Origin: Myxococcota bacterium | GTDB lineage: Bacteria > Myxococcota_A > UBA9160 > UBA6930 | Length of the DNA: 64,000 nt | Reading direction: 5' to 3' | NCBI GenBank assembly: GCA_965223415.1 | Contig: OZ245002.1 | Coordinates: forward strand, 3,264,001-3,328,000 | Shown here: positions 27,213-36,363 of the stretch, piece by piece | Position numbering within the stretch: the stretch's first letter is position 1 | How the letters are laid out: every line of letters begins with the position of its first letter | Made by a program: the position numbers and the translations under genes | Notes under the pieces: model-generated | The model's input: only the letters and a program-made list of their open reading frames with translations | Told to the model about the DNA's origin: nothing | The model's database searches: none

Positions 27213-29630
27213 ATGGCCGAGGCTGCGCGCGGATCGCGCCGCAGGAAAAGACGAAGCGGGCGTGCCCGCCGCTCCGGGAGGGGCGCCATCGAGACCGTCG
27301 GCCGCGAGATCGCGGGCGTCGCGCTGGTCGCCCTCGCCCTGCTGGCGGGTATCGCGCTCATCACCTACGACGCCGCCGATCCGATCGGCGTCTGGCAGCC
27401 CGTTCACAACGGCGGTGGCGTGGCCGGCGCCACCGTCGCCGGGCTGCTGGTGCGGGCGATGGGCGCCGGTGCGGCGGTTCCGGTGGCGGGGCTGCTGCTG
27501 CTCGGCCTCCGCCTGCTCCTGCCCGGGACGATCCAGCTTCCGGCCACGCGCTTCTGGGTCGGGGCGGCGCTCCTGCTCCTCTCCCTCTCCGCCCTGCCGG
27601 AGCTGCTGGCCTCCCTGGCGCCGCACCTGGCGGTGGGGAGCGGCGGCTGGCTCGGGGGGATCCTGGCACCCGCCGAGCGCATGCTGCTCTCGGGCCCCGG
27701 GGCGCTCGCCCTGAACGCGCTGGCCCTCCTGGTGGGTGTGCTCGGGGTGGTGGGGGTTCCGCCGGGCGTGGCCCTCGCCCGGCTCGGACGCGGCGCCGCC
27801 CTCGCGGCCCAGCGGACCGGGGCAATCCTCGCAGGCGGGCTGGCCGCCGCCCGGGAGGCGACCGGGCGGGCGGGGCGCCGGCTGGCGCGGTTTCCCGCGG
27901 CCTTCACCGTGTGGCGGGAGCAGCGCGCCCGGCGCGCCCGGCGTCACTCGAGGGAGGAGGCTCCGGAGACGCAGATCGCCGACGCGCCCGTGCCGGCGGA
28001 AGCGCTGCCGGCCCCGGAGCTGCCGAAGCCGCCCCGGGCCAAGAAGGGCGCTCCGCCGGACATCGTCGACCACCGCGACCGGCGCAAGCCGGAGCCGGAG
28101 CAGGAGGCCTTCACCTTCTCGGAACGGACCTCCTTCGGCCCCTACACGCCGCCGGACGTGTCCGAGATCTTCCAGGCGCCGCCGGCGGGCGGGCGCCGCT
28201 ACGACCGCGACAGCCTGATCATGAACTCGCGGATCCTCGAGAAGAAGCTCGCCGATTTCGGGGTGAACGGGCGCGTGGTGACGGTGCACCCGGGTCCGGT
28301 GATCACGATGTACGAGTTCGAGCCCGCACCCGGGGTCAAGGTCAACCGCATCACGAACCTGTCGGACGATCTGGCTCTCGCGCTGCGGGCGCTCTCGATC
28401 CGCATCATCGCGCCGATTCCCGGCAAGTCCGTGGTCGGTATCGAGGTCCCGAACCCGGACCGCGAGGTCGTCTACATCCGCGACCTGCTCGAGTCGAAGT
28501 CGTTCCGGAGCGGTGGCTCCAAGCTCACCCTGGCCCTCGGCAAGGACATCTTCGGCAACCCGGTCGAGGGCGATCTGGCGGTGATGCCCCACCTGCTGGT
28601 GGCCGGCGCCACCGGTACCGGCAAGAGCGTGTTCCTGAACTCGCTCCTGTGCTCGATCCTCACCCGCGCCACGCCCGACGAGGTGAAGCTCCTGCTCGTC
28701 GATCCCAAGCTCCTCGAGCTGTCGATCTACGAGGGCATTCCGCACCTGATCGCCGAGGTGGTGACCCAGCCGAAGCGCGCGGCGGCGGCGCTCCAGGGCA
28801 TCGTCCAGAAGATGGAGGAGCGCTACCAGATGATGGCGGCGCTCGGCGTGCGCAACATCCGCCAGTACAACGCGCGGGTCGAGGAGGCCCTCGCGGAGGG
28901 CGAGAAGACCTTCCGGCTGAAGCCGCTGCCCGGCGAGGAAGAGGGCCGCGAGGTCGAGTACCAGACCATCCCCTACATCGTCGTGGTGATCGACGAGCTG
29001 GCGGACCTGATGGTCGTGAGTGCGCGCGACGTGGAGGAGAGCCTCCAGCGTCTGGCCCAGATGGCGCGGGCCGCCGGCATCCACCTGGTGCTCGCGACCC
29101 AGCGTCCGAGCGTCGACGTGCTGACCGGCATCATCAAGGCGAACTTCCCCTCGCGCATCTCCTTCCAGGTCTCGTCGCGCACCGATTCCCGGACCGTCCT
29201 CGACCAGGGCGGCGCCGACGCCCTGCTCGGCCAGGGCGACATGCTGTTTCTGCCGCCCGGCACCTCCAAGATCCAGCGGCTGCACGGCTCCTACGTCTCC
29301 GAGAAGGAGGTGACCGAGCTCGTCCGACATCTCCGCGCCCAGGGAGCGCCGAAGTTCGACGACGATCTCGTGCGCCTCGAGGCGTTGGCCGACGCGGGCG
29401 AAGGCGGAATGCCCGATGAGGAGGCGGACGAGCACTACGACCTGGCGGTTCAGATCGTCGCCGAGACGCGCAACGCCTCCATCTCCTACATCCAGCGGCG
29501 GCTCAAGGTCGGCTACAACCGGGCGGCGCGGATGATCGAGCAGATGGAGCGCGAGGGCGTCGTCGGGCCGCAGATCGGCACCCGTCCCCGCGAGGTCTTC
29601 GTCCAGCAGCTCGGCGGCGAGGAGGAGTGA
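27213..29630 (+). CDS. ftsK: DNA translocase FtsK
   Basis: N-terminal TM region, MPHLLVAGATGTGKSV, IDELADLM, ATQRPSVD, gamma domain SISYIQRRLKVGYNRAAR. Confidence 0.97.
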   Translation: MAEAARGSRRRKRRSGRARRSGRGAIETVGREIAGVALVALALLAGIALITYDAADPIGVWQPVHNGGGVAGATVAGLLVRAMGAGAAVPVAGLLLLGLRLLLPGTIQLPATRFWVGAALLLLSLSALPELLASLAPHLAVGSGGWLGGILAPAERMLLSGPGALALNALALLVGVLGVVGVPPGVALARLGRGAALAAQRTGAILAGGLAAAREATGRAGRRLARFPAAFTVWREQRARRARRHSREEAPETQIADAPVPAEALPAPELPKPPRAKKGAPPDIVDHRDRRKPEPEQEAFTFSERTSFGPYTPPDVSEIFQAPPAGGRRYDRDSLIMNSRILEKKLADFGVNGRVVTVHPGPVITMYEFEPAPGVKVNRITNLSDDLALALRALSIRIIAPIPGKSVVGIEVPNPDREVVYIRDLLESKSFRSGGSKLTLALGKDIFGNPVEGDLAVMPHLLVAGATGTGKSVFLNSLLCSILTRATPDEVKLLLVDPKLLELSIYEGIPHLIAEVVTQPKRAAAALQGIVQKMEERYQMMAALGVRNIRQYNARVEEALAEGEKTFRLKPLPGEEEGREVEYQTIPYIVVVIDELADLMVVSARDVEESLQRLAQMARAAGIHLVLATQRPSVDVLTGIIKANFPSRISFQVSSRTDSRTVLDQGGADALLGQGDMLFLPPGTSKIQRLHGSYVSEKEVTELVRHLRAQGAPKFDDDLVRLEALADAGEGGMPDEEADEHYDLAVQIVAETRNASISYIQRRLKVGYNRAARMIEQMEREGVVGPQIGTRPREVFVQQLGGEEE

Positions 29631-30412
29631 GGCGCTCCTGCGGGCTGGCGCTCGCCGGCGCCCTGGCCTGGGTGCTGGCGGCGAGCTCCGCTGCCGGCGG
29701 CGACCCGGCGGCACCGCCCGCGGAACCGCCTGCGGAGACTGCGGCGCCGCCCGCGGCACCGCCCGCGGAGACTGCGGCGCCGCCCACACCGACCGCCGAA
29801 CCCCCGGCGGACGGTGCGGCGTGCGCGGAGGCAGCGGCCGGCAGGGTGCAGAGCTACTACGACGACGTGCAGGACCTGGCGGCCGCGTTCCGCCAGACCA
29901 GCCGCAGCGTCGCCTTCGGAGGCGCAGCGGGTCCGGACCAGCTCGCCGCCGGCCGGGTCGAGTTCGCGAAGCCGGGCAAGATGCGCTGGAGCTACACCGA
30001 GCCGGAGCCCAGCGAGGTCGTGAGCGACGGCTCCACCCTCTGGATCTACGACCCGGCGGCGAAGGAGGTGCAGGTCCTCGAGGTGGGGGAGGCCTTCCTG
30101 TCCGCCGCCGCCATCCAGTTCCTGCTCGGCTCCGGCCGGATCCTGGAGACCTTCTCGGTCGCCGCGCGAGATTGCGCCGCCTCGCCGCTGCAGCTCGTGC
30201 TGACGCCGAAGCAGCCCGCCAGCTACGAGCGTCTCGAGCTCCATGTCGATCCCCAGAGCGGCGTGATCGCCCGCACCGTCGTGCTGGATCTGCTCGGCAA
30301 TCGCACCGAGGTGGCCTTCGACGATCTCGAGACGAACCGCTCGCCGCCGGCGGAGCGGTTCGTCTTCCAGGTGCCGGAAGGCGTTCGAGAGCTCCGGCTT
30401 CCCGGGCGCTGA
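29627..30412 (+). CDS. lolA: Outer-membrane lipoprotein carrier protein LolA
   Basis: KPGKMRWSY..P....VSDG..LWIYDP; canonical ftsK-lolA order; Pro/Ala-rich repeat after the signal peptide. Confidence 0.9.
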   Translation: MRRSCGLALAGALAWVLAASSAAGGDPAAPPAEPPAETAAPPAAPPAETAAPPTPTAEPPADGAACAEAAAGRVQSYYDDVQDLAAAFRQTSRSVAFGGAAGPDQLAAGRVEFAKPGKMRWSYTEPEPSEVVSDGSTLWIYDPAAKEVQVLEVGEAFLSAAAIQFLLGSGRILETFSVAARDCAASPLQLVLTPKQPASYERLELHVDPQSGVIARTVVLDLLGNRTEVAFDDLETNRSPPAERFVFQVPEGVRELRLPGR

Positions 30413-30760
30413 GTTCGATCACTCGGTTGGCGGCAGCACGCCGAATTGCGGGCCGGTGCGCAGCCGGTGCGCAATCCGCCCTCCCCGTGCTCAGTTCGGG
30501 AAGAGCGTCTCCACGCTTCCGCTGTCCCTGCAACGGCGCGCGTAGCGTCGGCGGAGCGACACCAGCGTCAAGAACACGGCGTCGCGACGGCGCAGCGATG
30601 CCTCGCGGAGCGGCACCCGGGGGGCAGCTTCCAGCGGAATTCCGCTCGCGGAAAGGGGTTTGTCCGGGCCCTTCCCCGGGGTCTTCGCCCTGCGGGTGGG
30701 TGAAGGAAGGGAAGCGGCGTGGCGGCGCGGACCTGGGCGCTCGCTTGCACACGCGAGTGC

Positions 30761-30788
30761 TTGACACCCCTGGGGCCTGTCCTATGCT
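30761..30788 (+). promoter_or_regulatory. Putative sigma70 promoter for the proteasome operon
   Basis: TTGACA (30761-30766), 16-nt spacer, TATGCT (30783-30788). Confidence 0.6.
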
Positions 30789-31111
30789 CGATCGGTGAAA
30801 ATGCACGTGAAAACAAGGGGTTCGGGGATTTTGATGCACCCCCCGGGCCGACCCGCGGCGGGGCGCAATGGGTGTGCGGGTCACCCGCATGCGAGCGTCC
30901 ATCGCCGCGAGGGCGAAGCCGAAGCGCCGGCGCACGGGGCTGCCACTTCCTCTTCGATGAGGCGACGCCCCCTCGCACCTGCCGGTCCCCTCCCGCGTTC
31001 CTCTCGCTTCGACGCACCGACCCCCCGGGCGGCCTCCGGGCCGCGGCATGGGCTTTGCAGTCTCCCGGAGCAGCTCCGTGGTGGGCACGGAGTCAACCAG
31101 GAGAGGGCGCA

Positions 31112-32974
31112 ATGAGCGAGTTCGAATCCGATGGTGGCCGGCGGGGTCTCATGAGAGACGTCATGCGACGGATCTCCCCGAACGGTCCCCGCCCCGGAGA
31201 CGAGGACTCGCAGGCGTCCACGGAAGCGGAAACGGAGCGTGGGCAGGCGATGGCACGATCCCTTCACGACGAGATCGAAGACCTTCGAGAGGCGCTGCGC
31301 TTCTTCGGAGGGGACTCGGCGGAGTTCCGCCGCCGGCTCGATCGGCTGCTCGCCGAGTACGAGGCGATCCGTCGCCGGTTCCATCTCACGCGCGACCAGC
31401 TGACCGACGCCGAGCGGCAGAACGAGAAGCTGGTCGGCACGCTGCAGGAAGCCAAGCAGCAGATCGAGCTCCTCAAGGAGGAGGTCGACAAGCTGTGCGC
31501 CCCGCCGAACGGCTACGGCGTCTTCCAGCGCTCCAACAAGGACGGCACTGCCGAGATCGTCGTCGACGGCAAGTCGATGCGCGTCAACGTGCATCCGAAC
31601 GTCGACACCTCCCACTTCGAGGAGGGGCAGCTCGTCGTCCTGAACGAGGCCTTCAACATCGTCGAAGGTGCCGGCTTCACGGCGCGTGGCGAGATCATGT
31701 CGATCGTGGACATGCTGGGCGACGGCCGCGCCGTCGTGCTCGGCCACACCGACGACGAGCGGGTCGTGACCCTCTCGGACCCGCTGCGCCGGGAGCGCCT
31801 CAAGGTCGGCGACCACATCCTGGTCGATCCGCGCACCCAGTATGCCTTCGAGAAGATGCCGAAGTCGTCGGTGGAAGAGGTGGCCCTCGAAGAGGTCCCC
31901 GACATCACCTACGACCGCATCGGCGGCCTCGGCGAGCAGGTCGAGATCCTGCGCGACGCGATCGAGCTGCCCTACCTGCACCCGGACATCTTCGCGGAGC
32001 ATAAACTCTCGCCGCCGAAGGGCATCCTGCTCTACGGCCCTCCGGGCTGCGGCAAGACCCTCATCGCGAAGGCGGTGGCGAACGCCCTGGCCAAGCGCAT
32101 CGAGGAGCGGACCGGTCGCGAGACGCCGGCCTACTTCCTCAACGTGAAGGGCCCGGAGCTCCTCAACAAGTACGTCGGCGAGACCGAGCACAAGATCCGC
32201 GAGGTCTTCAAGCGCGCGCGAGAGAAGGCCAGCGAGGACGTGCCCGTCGTGATCTTCTTCGACGAGATGGACTCGCTCTTCCGCATGCGCGGCTCCGGAA
32301 TCTCCTCGGACATGGAGGCCACCGTGGTGGCCCAGTTCCTCTCGGAGATCGACGGCGTCGAGTCGCTGAAGAACGTGATCGTGATCGGCGCCTCGAACCG
32401 GCAGGATCTGATCGATCCCGCCGTGCTGCGCCCCGGCCGCCTCGACCTGAAGGTCAAGGTGAACCGCCCGGATCGCGAGGCTGCCTACGAGATCTTCACC
32501 AAGTACCTGGTGGAGGACCTGCCCTTCCACGCCGATTCCGAGCAGCGCTACGGAAGCGATCCCTCGAAGATCGTCGACGGCATGATCCGCGACACCATCG
32601 ACGACATGTACAACACGGGCGAGGACAACAAGTTCCTCGAGGTGACCTACGCCAAGGGCGAGCGCGAGATCTTCTACTTCAAGGATTTCGCCAGTGGCGC
32701 CATGATCGAGAACATCGTCGCCCGCGCCAAGAAGATGGCGGTGAAGCGATTCATCGACCACCAGGAGCGCGGGATCCGGGTGAACGACCTGAAGCAGGCC
32801 GTCCAGGACGAGTTCAAGGAGAACGAGGACCTCCCGAACACGACCAACCCGGACGATTGGGCGCGCATTTCCGGCCGCAAGGGCGAGCGCATCATCAACG
32901 TCCGCACCCTGATCAGCGGGATCAGCCGCAAGGAGCGGTCGATCGAGAACATCGATTCCGGTCAGTACCTGTAG
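31112..32974 (+). CDS. arc: Proteasome-associated AAA+ ATPase ARC/Mpa
   Basis: Coiled coil NEKLVGTLQEAKQQIELLKEEVDKLCAPP, Walker A GPPGCGKT, KGPELLNKYVGETE, Walker B FFDEMD, LPNTTNPDDWARISG, C-terminal GQYL; AGGAGA RBS. Confidence 0.97.
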   Translation: MSEFESDGGRRGLMRDVMRRISPNGPRPGDEDSQASTEAETERGQAMARSLHDEIEDLREALRFFGGDSAEFRRRLDRLLAEYEAIRRRFHLTRDQLTDAERQNEKLVGTLQEAKQQIELLKEEVDKLCAPPNGYGVFQRSNKDGTAEIVVDGKSMRVNVHPNVDTSHFEEGQLVVLNEAFNIVEGAGFTARGEIMSIVDMLGDGRAVVLGHTDDERVVTLSDPLRRERLKVGDHILVDPRTQYAFEKMPKSSVEEVALEEVPDITYDRIGGLGEQVEILRDAIELPYLHPDIFAEHKLSPPKGILLYGPPGCGKTLIAKAVANALAKRIEERTGRETPAYFLNVKGPELLNKYVGETEHKIREVFKRAREKASEDVPVVIFFDEMDSLFRMRGSGISSDMEATVVAQFLSEIDGVESLKNVIVIGASNRQDLIDPAVLRPGRLDLKVKVNRPDREAAYEIFTKYLVEDLPFHADSEQRYGSDPSKIVDGMIRDTIDDMYNTGEDNKFLEVTYAKGEREIFYFKDFASGAMIENIVARAKKMAVKRFIDHQERGIRVNDLKQAVQDEFKENEDLPNTTNPDDWARISGRKGERIINVRTLISGISRKERSIENIDSGQYL

Positions 32975-33009
32975 GAGGATCTCGCGTCCCCGCGGCGCCA
33001 GGCACGTTT

Positions 33010-34494
33010 ATGGCGATTCCGAAGGTGATGGGGACCGAGATCGAGTACGGGATCACGGTCAAGAACGACCGGGACTTCGATCCGATCTCGAGCTGCGTGC
33101 TGCTGGTGAACGCCTACCGCGAGGAGCGGGTGGCGAAGATCCTGTGGGACTACGACCAGGAGAACCCGCTGGCGGATGCCCGCGGCTTCCAGGTCGACGG
33201 CGAGAAGTACACGCCGAACCAGCAGGAGAACATCGCCCGCAACAAGACCCTCGAGAACGGTGCCCGCTACTACGTGGACCACGCGCACCCCGAGTACTCG
33301 TGCCCGGAGGTGACCAATCCCCACGAGCTGGTCGTTCACGAGAAGGCCGGCGAGCGGATCGTCGAGTTCTCGCGTCGCGAGGCCACGGCCCTGCTGCCCG
33401 AGGGCACGCAGATGCTGCTCCACAAGAACAACAGCGACCACAAGGGAAACAGCTACGGCTCCCACGAGAACTACCTGATGGACCGCCGGACGTCCTTCAA
33501 GCAGATCGTGGAGCACCTGATGCCGTTCTTCGTGAGCCGTCAGGTCTACACCGGCGCCGGCAAGGTGGGCAGCGAGAACCGGGCCCAGCCCTGCGACTAC
33601 CAGCTCTCCCAGCGGGCCGATTTCTTCGAGACCGAGGTCGCCCTCGACACGATGGTGAAGCGGCCCATCATCAACACCCGCGACGAGCCCCACGCCGATC
33701 GCGAGAAGTACCGGCGCCTCCACGTGATCGTGGGCGACGCGAACATGAGTGAGTACACGATCTACCTGCGCCAGGGCGCCACGGCGATCGTGCTGGCCAT
33801 GATCGAGGACGGCGCCATCGACCGGGATCTCTCGCTCCGCGACCCGGTACGGGCGATCAAGGAGGTCTCCCACGATCGCAGCTGCGCCCGCGAGGTCGAG
33901 CTCGCCACCGGCAAGAAGATGAGCGCCGTGCAGATGCAGCTCGAGTACCTGGAGATGGCCCGGAAGTACTGCGGGACGAGGGAGGTCGGCCCCTGGGCCG
34001 GGGACGTGCTCCAGAAGTGGGGCGAGGTGCTCGACGCCCTCGAGCGCGACCCCCTGGAGCTCGCGGACCGCATCGACTGGGTGATCAAGCAGGTGATGAT
34101 CGAGCGCTTCATGGAGCGGAAGTCGCTCGCGTGGGGTGATCCCCAGGTGCAGCTGCTCGACCTGCAGTACCACGACCTTCGCCCCGAGAAGGGCCTGTAC
34201 TATCTTCTCGAGAGACAGGGTCAGGTGGAACGGATCGTGACGGACCAGGAGATCACGAAGGCGATTACCGAGCCGCCCGAGGACACGCGGGCCTACTTCC
34301 GCGGACAATGCCTGAAGCGCTACGGCGAGGAGGTGTTCGGCGTCAACTGGGACTCGATCTCGTTCGGCATCGGAGACGAGCCGATCAAGCGGGTCCTGAT
34401 GGCGGAGCCGCTCAAGGGCTCCAAGCAGCACGTCGACGACCTGCTCGACCGCTCCTCCAGCGCAGCCGAGCTCGTCAAGAACCTTCGCGCCTGA
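33010..34494 (+). CDS. dop: Pup deamidase/depupylase Dop
   Basis: GTEIEYG, Dop-loop WDYDQENPLADARG, NGARYYVDHAHPEYS, SYGSHENY, RPIINTRDEPHAD, RRLHVIVGD. Confidence 0.93.
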   Translation: MAIPKVMGTEIEYGITVKNDRDFDPISSCVLLVNAYREERVAKILWDYDQENPLADARGFQVDGEKYTPNQQENIARNKTLENGARYYVDHAHPEYSCPEVTNPHELVVHEKAGERIVEFSRREATALLPEGTQMLLHKNNSDHKGNSYGSHENYLMDRRTSFKQIVEHLMPFFVSRQVYTGAGKVGSENRAQPCDYQLSQRADFFETEVALDTMVKRPIINTRDEPHADREKYRRLHVIVGDANMSEYTIYLRQGATAIVLAMIEDGAIDRDLSLRDPVRAIKEVSHDRSCAREVELATGKKMSAVQMQLEYLEMARKYCGTREVGPWAGDVLQKWGEVLDALERDPLELADRIDWVIKQVMIERFMERKSLAWGDPQVQLLDLQYHDLRPEKGLYYLLERQGQVERIVTDQEITKAITEPPEDTRAYFRGQCLKRYGEEVFGVNWDSISFGIGDEPIKRVLMAEPLKGSKQHVDDLLDRSSSAAELVKNLRA

Positions 34495-34548
34495 TCGATC
34501 GCCAGGAGTATCCTCGCTTCTCGCCTGCCCCCCGCCAGGAGACATCCC

Positions 34549-34830
34549 ATGATTCGCCGAACCGAACGACGGAACGACTTCGGAAACGAAGCCGACGCGG
34601 AGCTGCTGCTCCGCACGGCCCACGCCGCCGAGAGCACCCAGAAGCAGAAGACCGGAGACGGCGGCGGCGACGAGGGCGGCGAGAAGGCCGGCGACGGCAG
34701 CAAGAAGCTCGCCAAGAAGGGCGAGGCCCTGAAGGAAGAGATGGACGCCCTCGTCGACGAGATCGACGAGGTCCTCGAGGAGAACGCCGAGGAGTTCGTG
34801 AAGAACTACGTCCAGCGCGGGGGCGAGTAG
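34549..34830 (+). CDS. pup: Prokaryotic ubiquitin-like protein Pup (C-terminal GGE)
   Basis: DALVDEIDEVLEENAEEFVKNYVQRGGE; lies between dop and prcB; AGGAGA RBS. Confidence 0.97.
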   Translation: MIRRTERRNDFGNEADAELLLRTAHAAESTQKQKTGDGGGDEGGEKAGDGSKKLAKKGEALKEEMDALVDEIDEVLEENAEEFVKNYVQRGGE

Positions 34831-34873
34831 GCCGCTTCCCGTCCGACACCATCACGCACACCGGGGGGGTTCC

Positions 34874-35668
34874 GTGCGGTTCTGGGATGGATACAAGGGC
34901 AGCAGCTTCATGGAGCTGCTCGACGTCGACTTTCCGCAGCTGAAGCCCGACGTCGGCGCTTGGCTGGCGAGCAGTGGGGAGATGCCGGAGACGGCTCACG
35001 GCACCACCTGCGTGGCGCTGCGCTTCGGCGACGGCGCCCTGGTGGCCGGTGATCGTCTCGCCACCATGGGCCACCAGGTGGCGAATCGCGACATCGAGAA
35101 GGTCTACGCCACCGACGACTTCTCGCTCATGGCGATCGCCGGTGCCGCCGGCCCCGCCATCGAGATGGCGCGGCTCCTCGGCATCCAGTTCGAGCACCAC
35201 GAGAAGATCGAGGGCGAGCCCCTCGAGCTCGAGGGCAAGGCCAACACCCTGGCCTCGCTGATCAAGCAGAACCTCCCGGCGGCCATGCAGGGCCTGGTGG
35301 TCGTGCCGCTCTTCGCCGGCTACGACCGGCGCCGCCGGACCGGGCGCGTCTGGAAGTACGAGGTGACCGGCGGCCGCTACGAGGAGCTCGAGTTCGACAG
35401 CATTGGCTCCGGCTCGATCTTCGCCAAGGAATCCCTCAAGAAGTCGTACGCCTCCGGCGCGAGCCGCGAGGAGGCGATCCGCATGGCCATCCAGGCGCTC
35501 ACCGACGCCGCCGACGAGGACACGGCGACCGGCGGCGTCGACCTGCACCGGCAGATCTTCCCCCGCGTGAAGCTCGTGGGTTCCCGGGGCGTGGATGAGG
35601 TGGGTGACGAGGAGATCGCCCAGGTGTACCAGGGCGTCATCGACGCCCGCCGCCGGCCGGGAGCGTAG
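34874..35668 (+). CDS. prcB: 20S proteasome beta subunit
   Basis: 43-aa propeptide with SSFMELL, autocleavage site HG/TT (Thr at nt 35003), AGDRLATMG, GSGSIFAK, DEDTATGG. Confidence 0.96.
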   Translation: MRFWDGYKGSSFMELLDVDFPQLKPDVGAWLASSGEMPETAHGTTCVALRFGDGALVAGDRLATMGHQVANRDIEKVYATDDFSLMAIAGAAGPAIEMARLLGIQFEHHEKIEGEPLELEGKANTLASLIKQNLPAAMQGLVVVPLFAGYDRRRRTGRVWKYEVTGGRYEELEFDSIGSGSIFAKESLKKSYASGASREEAIRMAIQALTDAADEDTATGGVDLHRQIFPRVKLVGSRGVDEVGDEEIAQVYQGVIDARRRPGA

Positions 35669-35670
35669 TC

Positions 35671-36363
35671 ATGTCCTTTCCGTTCTACGTCAACCCGGAG
35701 CAGATGACCCAGGACAAGGCCGAGTTCGCCCGCAAGGGCATCGCTCGGGGCAAGTCCATCGTCACCGTCGAATACGACCAGGGCGTCGTGATGGTGGCCG
35801 AGAACCCGACCCGGCTGCACAAGCTGGGCGAAGTCTACGACCGGGTGGCCTTCGCCGGCGTCGGCAAGTTCAGCGAGTTCGATCGTCTCCGGAAGATGGG
35901 CGTGCAGTGGGCCGACGTGGAGGGCTACCGCTTCAGCCGCGACGACGTGCGCGGCAAGGCCCTGGCCAACGTCTACTCCCAGATCCTGGGCGAGGAGTTC
36001 AGCCGCTCGATGAAGCCCTTCGAGGTGGAGATCGTGGTGGCCGAGGTCGGCGATCCGGAGCTCGTGGGCCACGAGAACAACGCGCTCTTCAAGATCGGCT
36101 TCGACGGCACCGTCCAGGACCAGGAAGGCTTCTGCGTGATCGGCGGCTCCGAGGGCAACCTCCAGAACCACATGCAGTCGAACTACCGGGACGGCCTCGA
36201 CCTCGCGCAGGCCCTTGCCCTCGGGCGTGAGGCGCTCCAGCGGGCCGAGAACGGCACGCCGGACCTGCCGGCCAAGAGCCTCGAGGTCTGCGCGCTCGAT
36301 CGCAGCCGCCCGGGTCGCAAGTTCAAGCGGCTCACCACCGAGGAGGTGGCCGGGCTCATCTAG
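35671..36363 (+). CDS. prcA: 20S proteasome alpha subunit
   Basis: MSFPFYVNPEQMTQDKAEFARKGIARGKS, YDRVAFAGVGKFSEF, KPFEVEI. Confidence 0.96.
   Translation: MSFPFYVNPEQMTQDKAEFARKGIARGKSIVTVEYDQGVVMVAENPTRLHKLGEVYDRVAFAGVGKFSEFDRLRKMGVQWADVEGYRFSRDDVRGKALANVYSQILGEEFSRSMKPFEVEIVVAEVGDPELVGHENNALFKIGFDGTVQDQEGFCVIGGSEGNLQNHMQSNYRDGLDLAQALALGREALQRAENGTPDLPAKSLEVCALDRSRPGRKFKRLTTEEVAGLI

Noticed and set aside
29726..29785. 33-bp-period tandem repeat in lolA
   Set aside because: Encodes a Pro/Ala-rich linker (PPAETAAPP twice); ordinary low complexity
30743..30763. CIRCE (HrcA) element upstream of arc
   Set aside because: Half-sites resemble TTAGCACTC/GAGTGCTAA but the 9-nt spacer is absent
30860..30950. 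c-di-GMP-I riboswitch in the arc leader
   Set aside because: Only a GNRA hairpin and a GGGGCTGCC end; the core GCAAA/GGACGCAAAG motifs are missing
27168..31112. 1314-aa minus-strand ORF
   Set aside because: Antisense shadow of ftsK/lolA, typical of high-GC DNA; no recognisable motifs
34549..34630. AHA/AE as a signal-peptidase site in the Pup extension
   Set aside because: No hydrophobic h-region, so not a Sec or Tat signal
34549..34830. Small modifier could be UBact rather than Pup
   Set aside because: The C-terminus is the Pup-type DEIDEVLEENAEEFV..YVQ.GGE, not the UBact-type R[S/T]G[E/Q] ending
34874..35668. HslV or Anbu instead of a true proteasome subunit
   Set aside because: Has a propeptide and is paired with an alpha subunit, ARC and Pup
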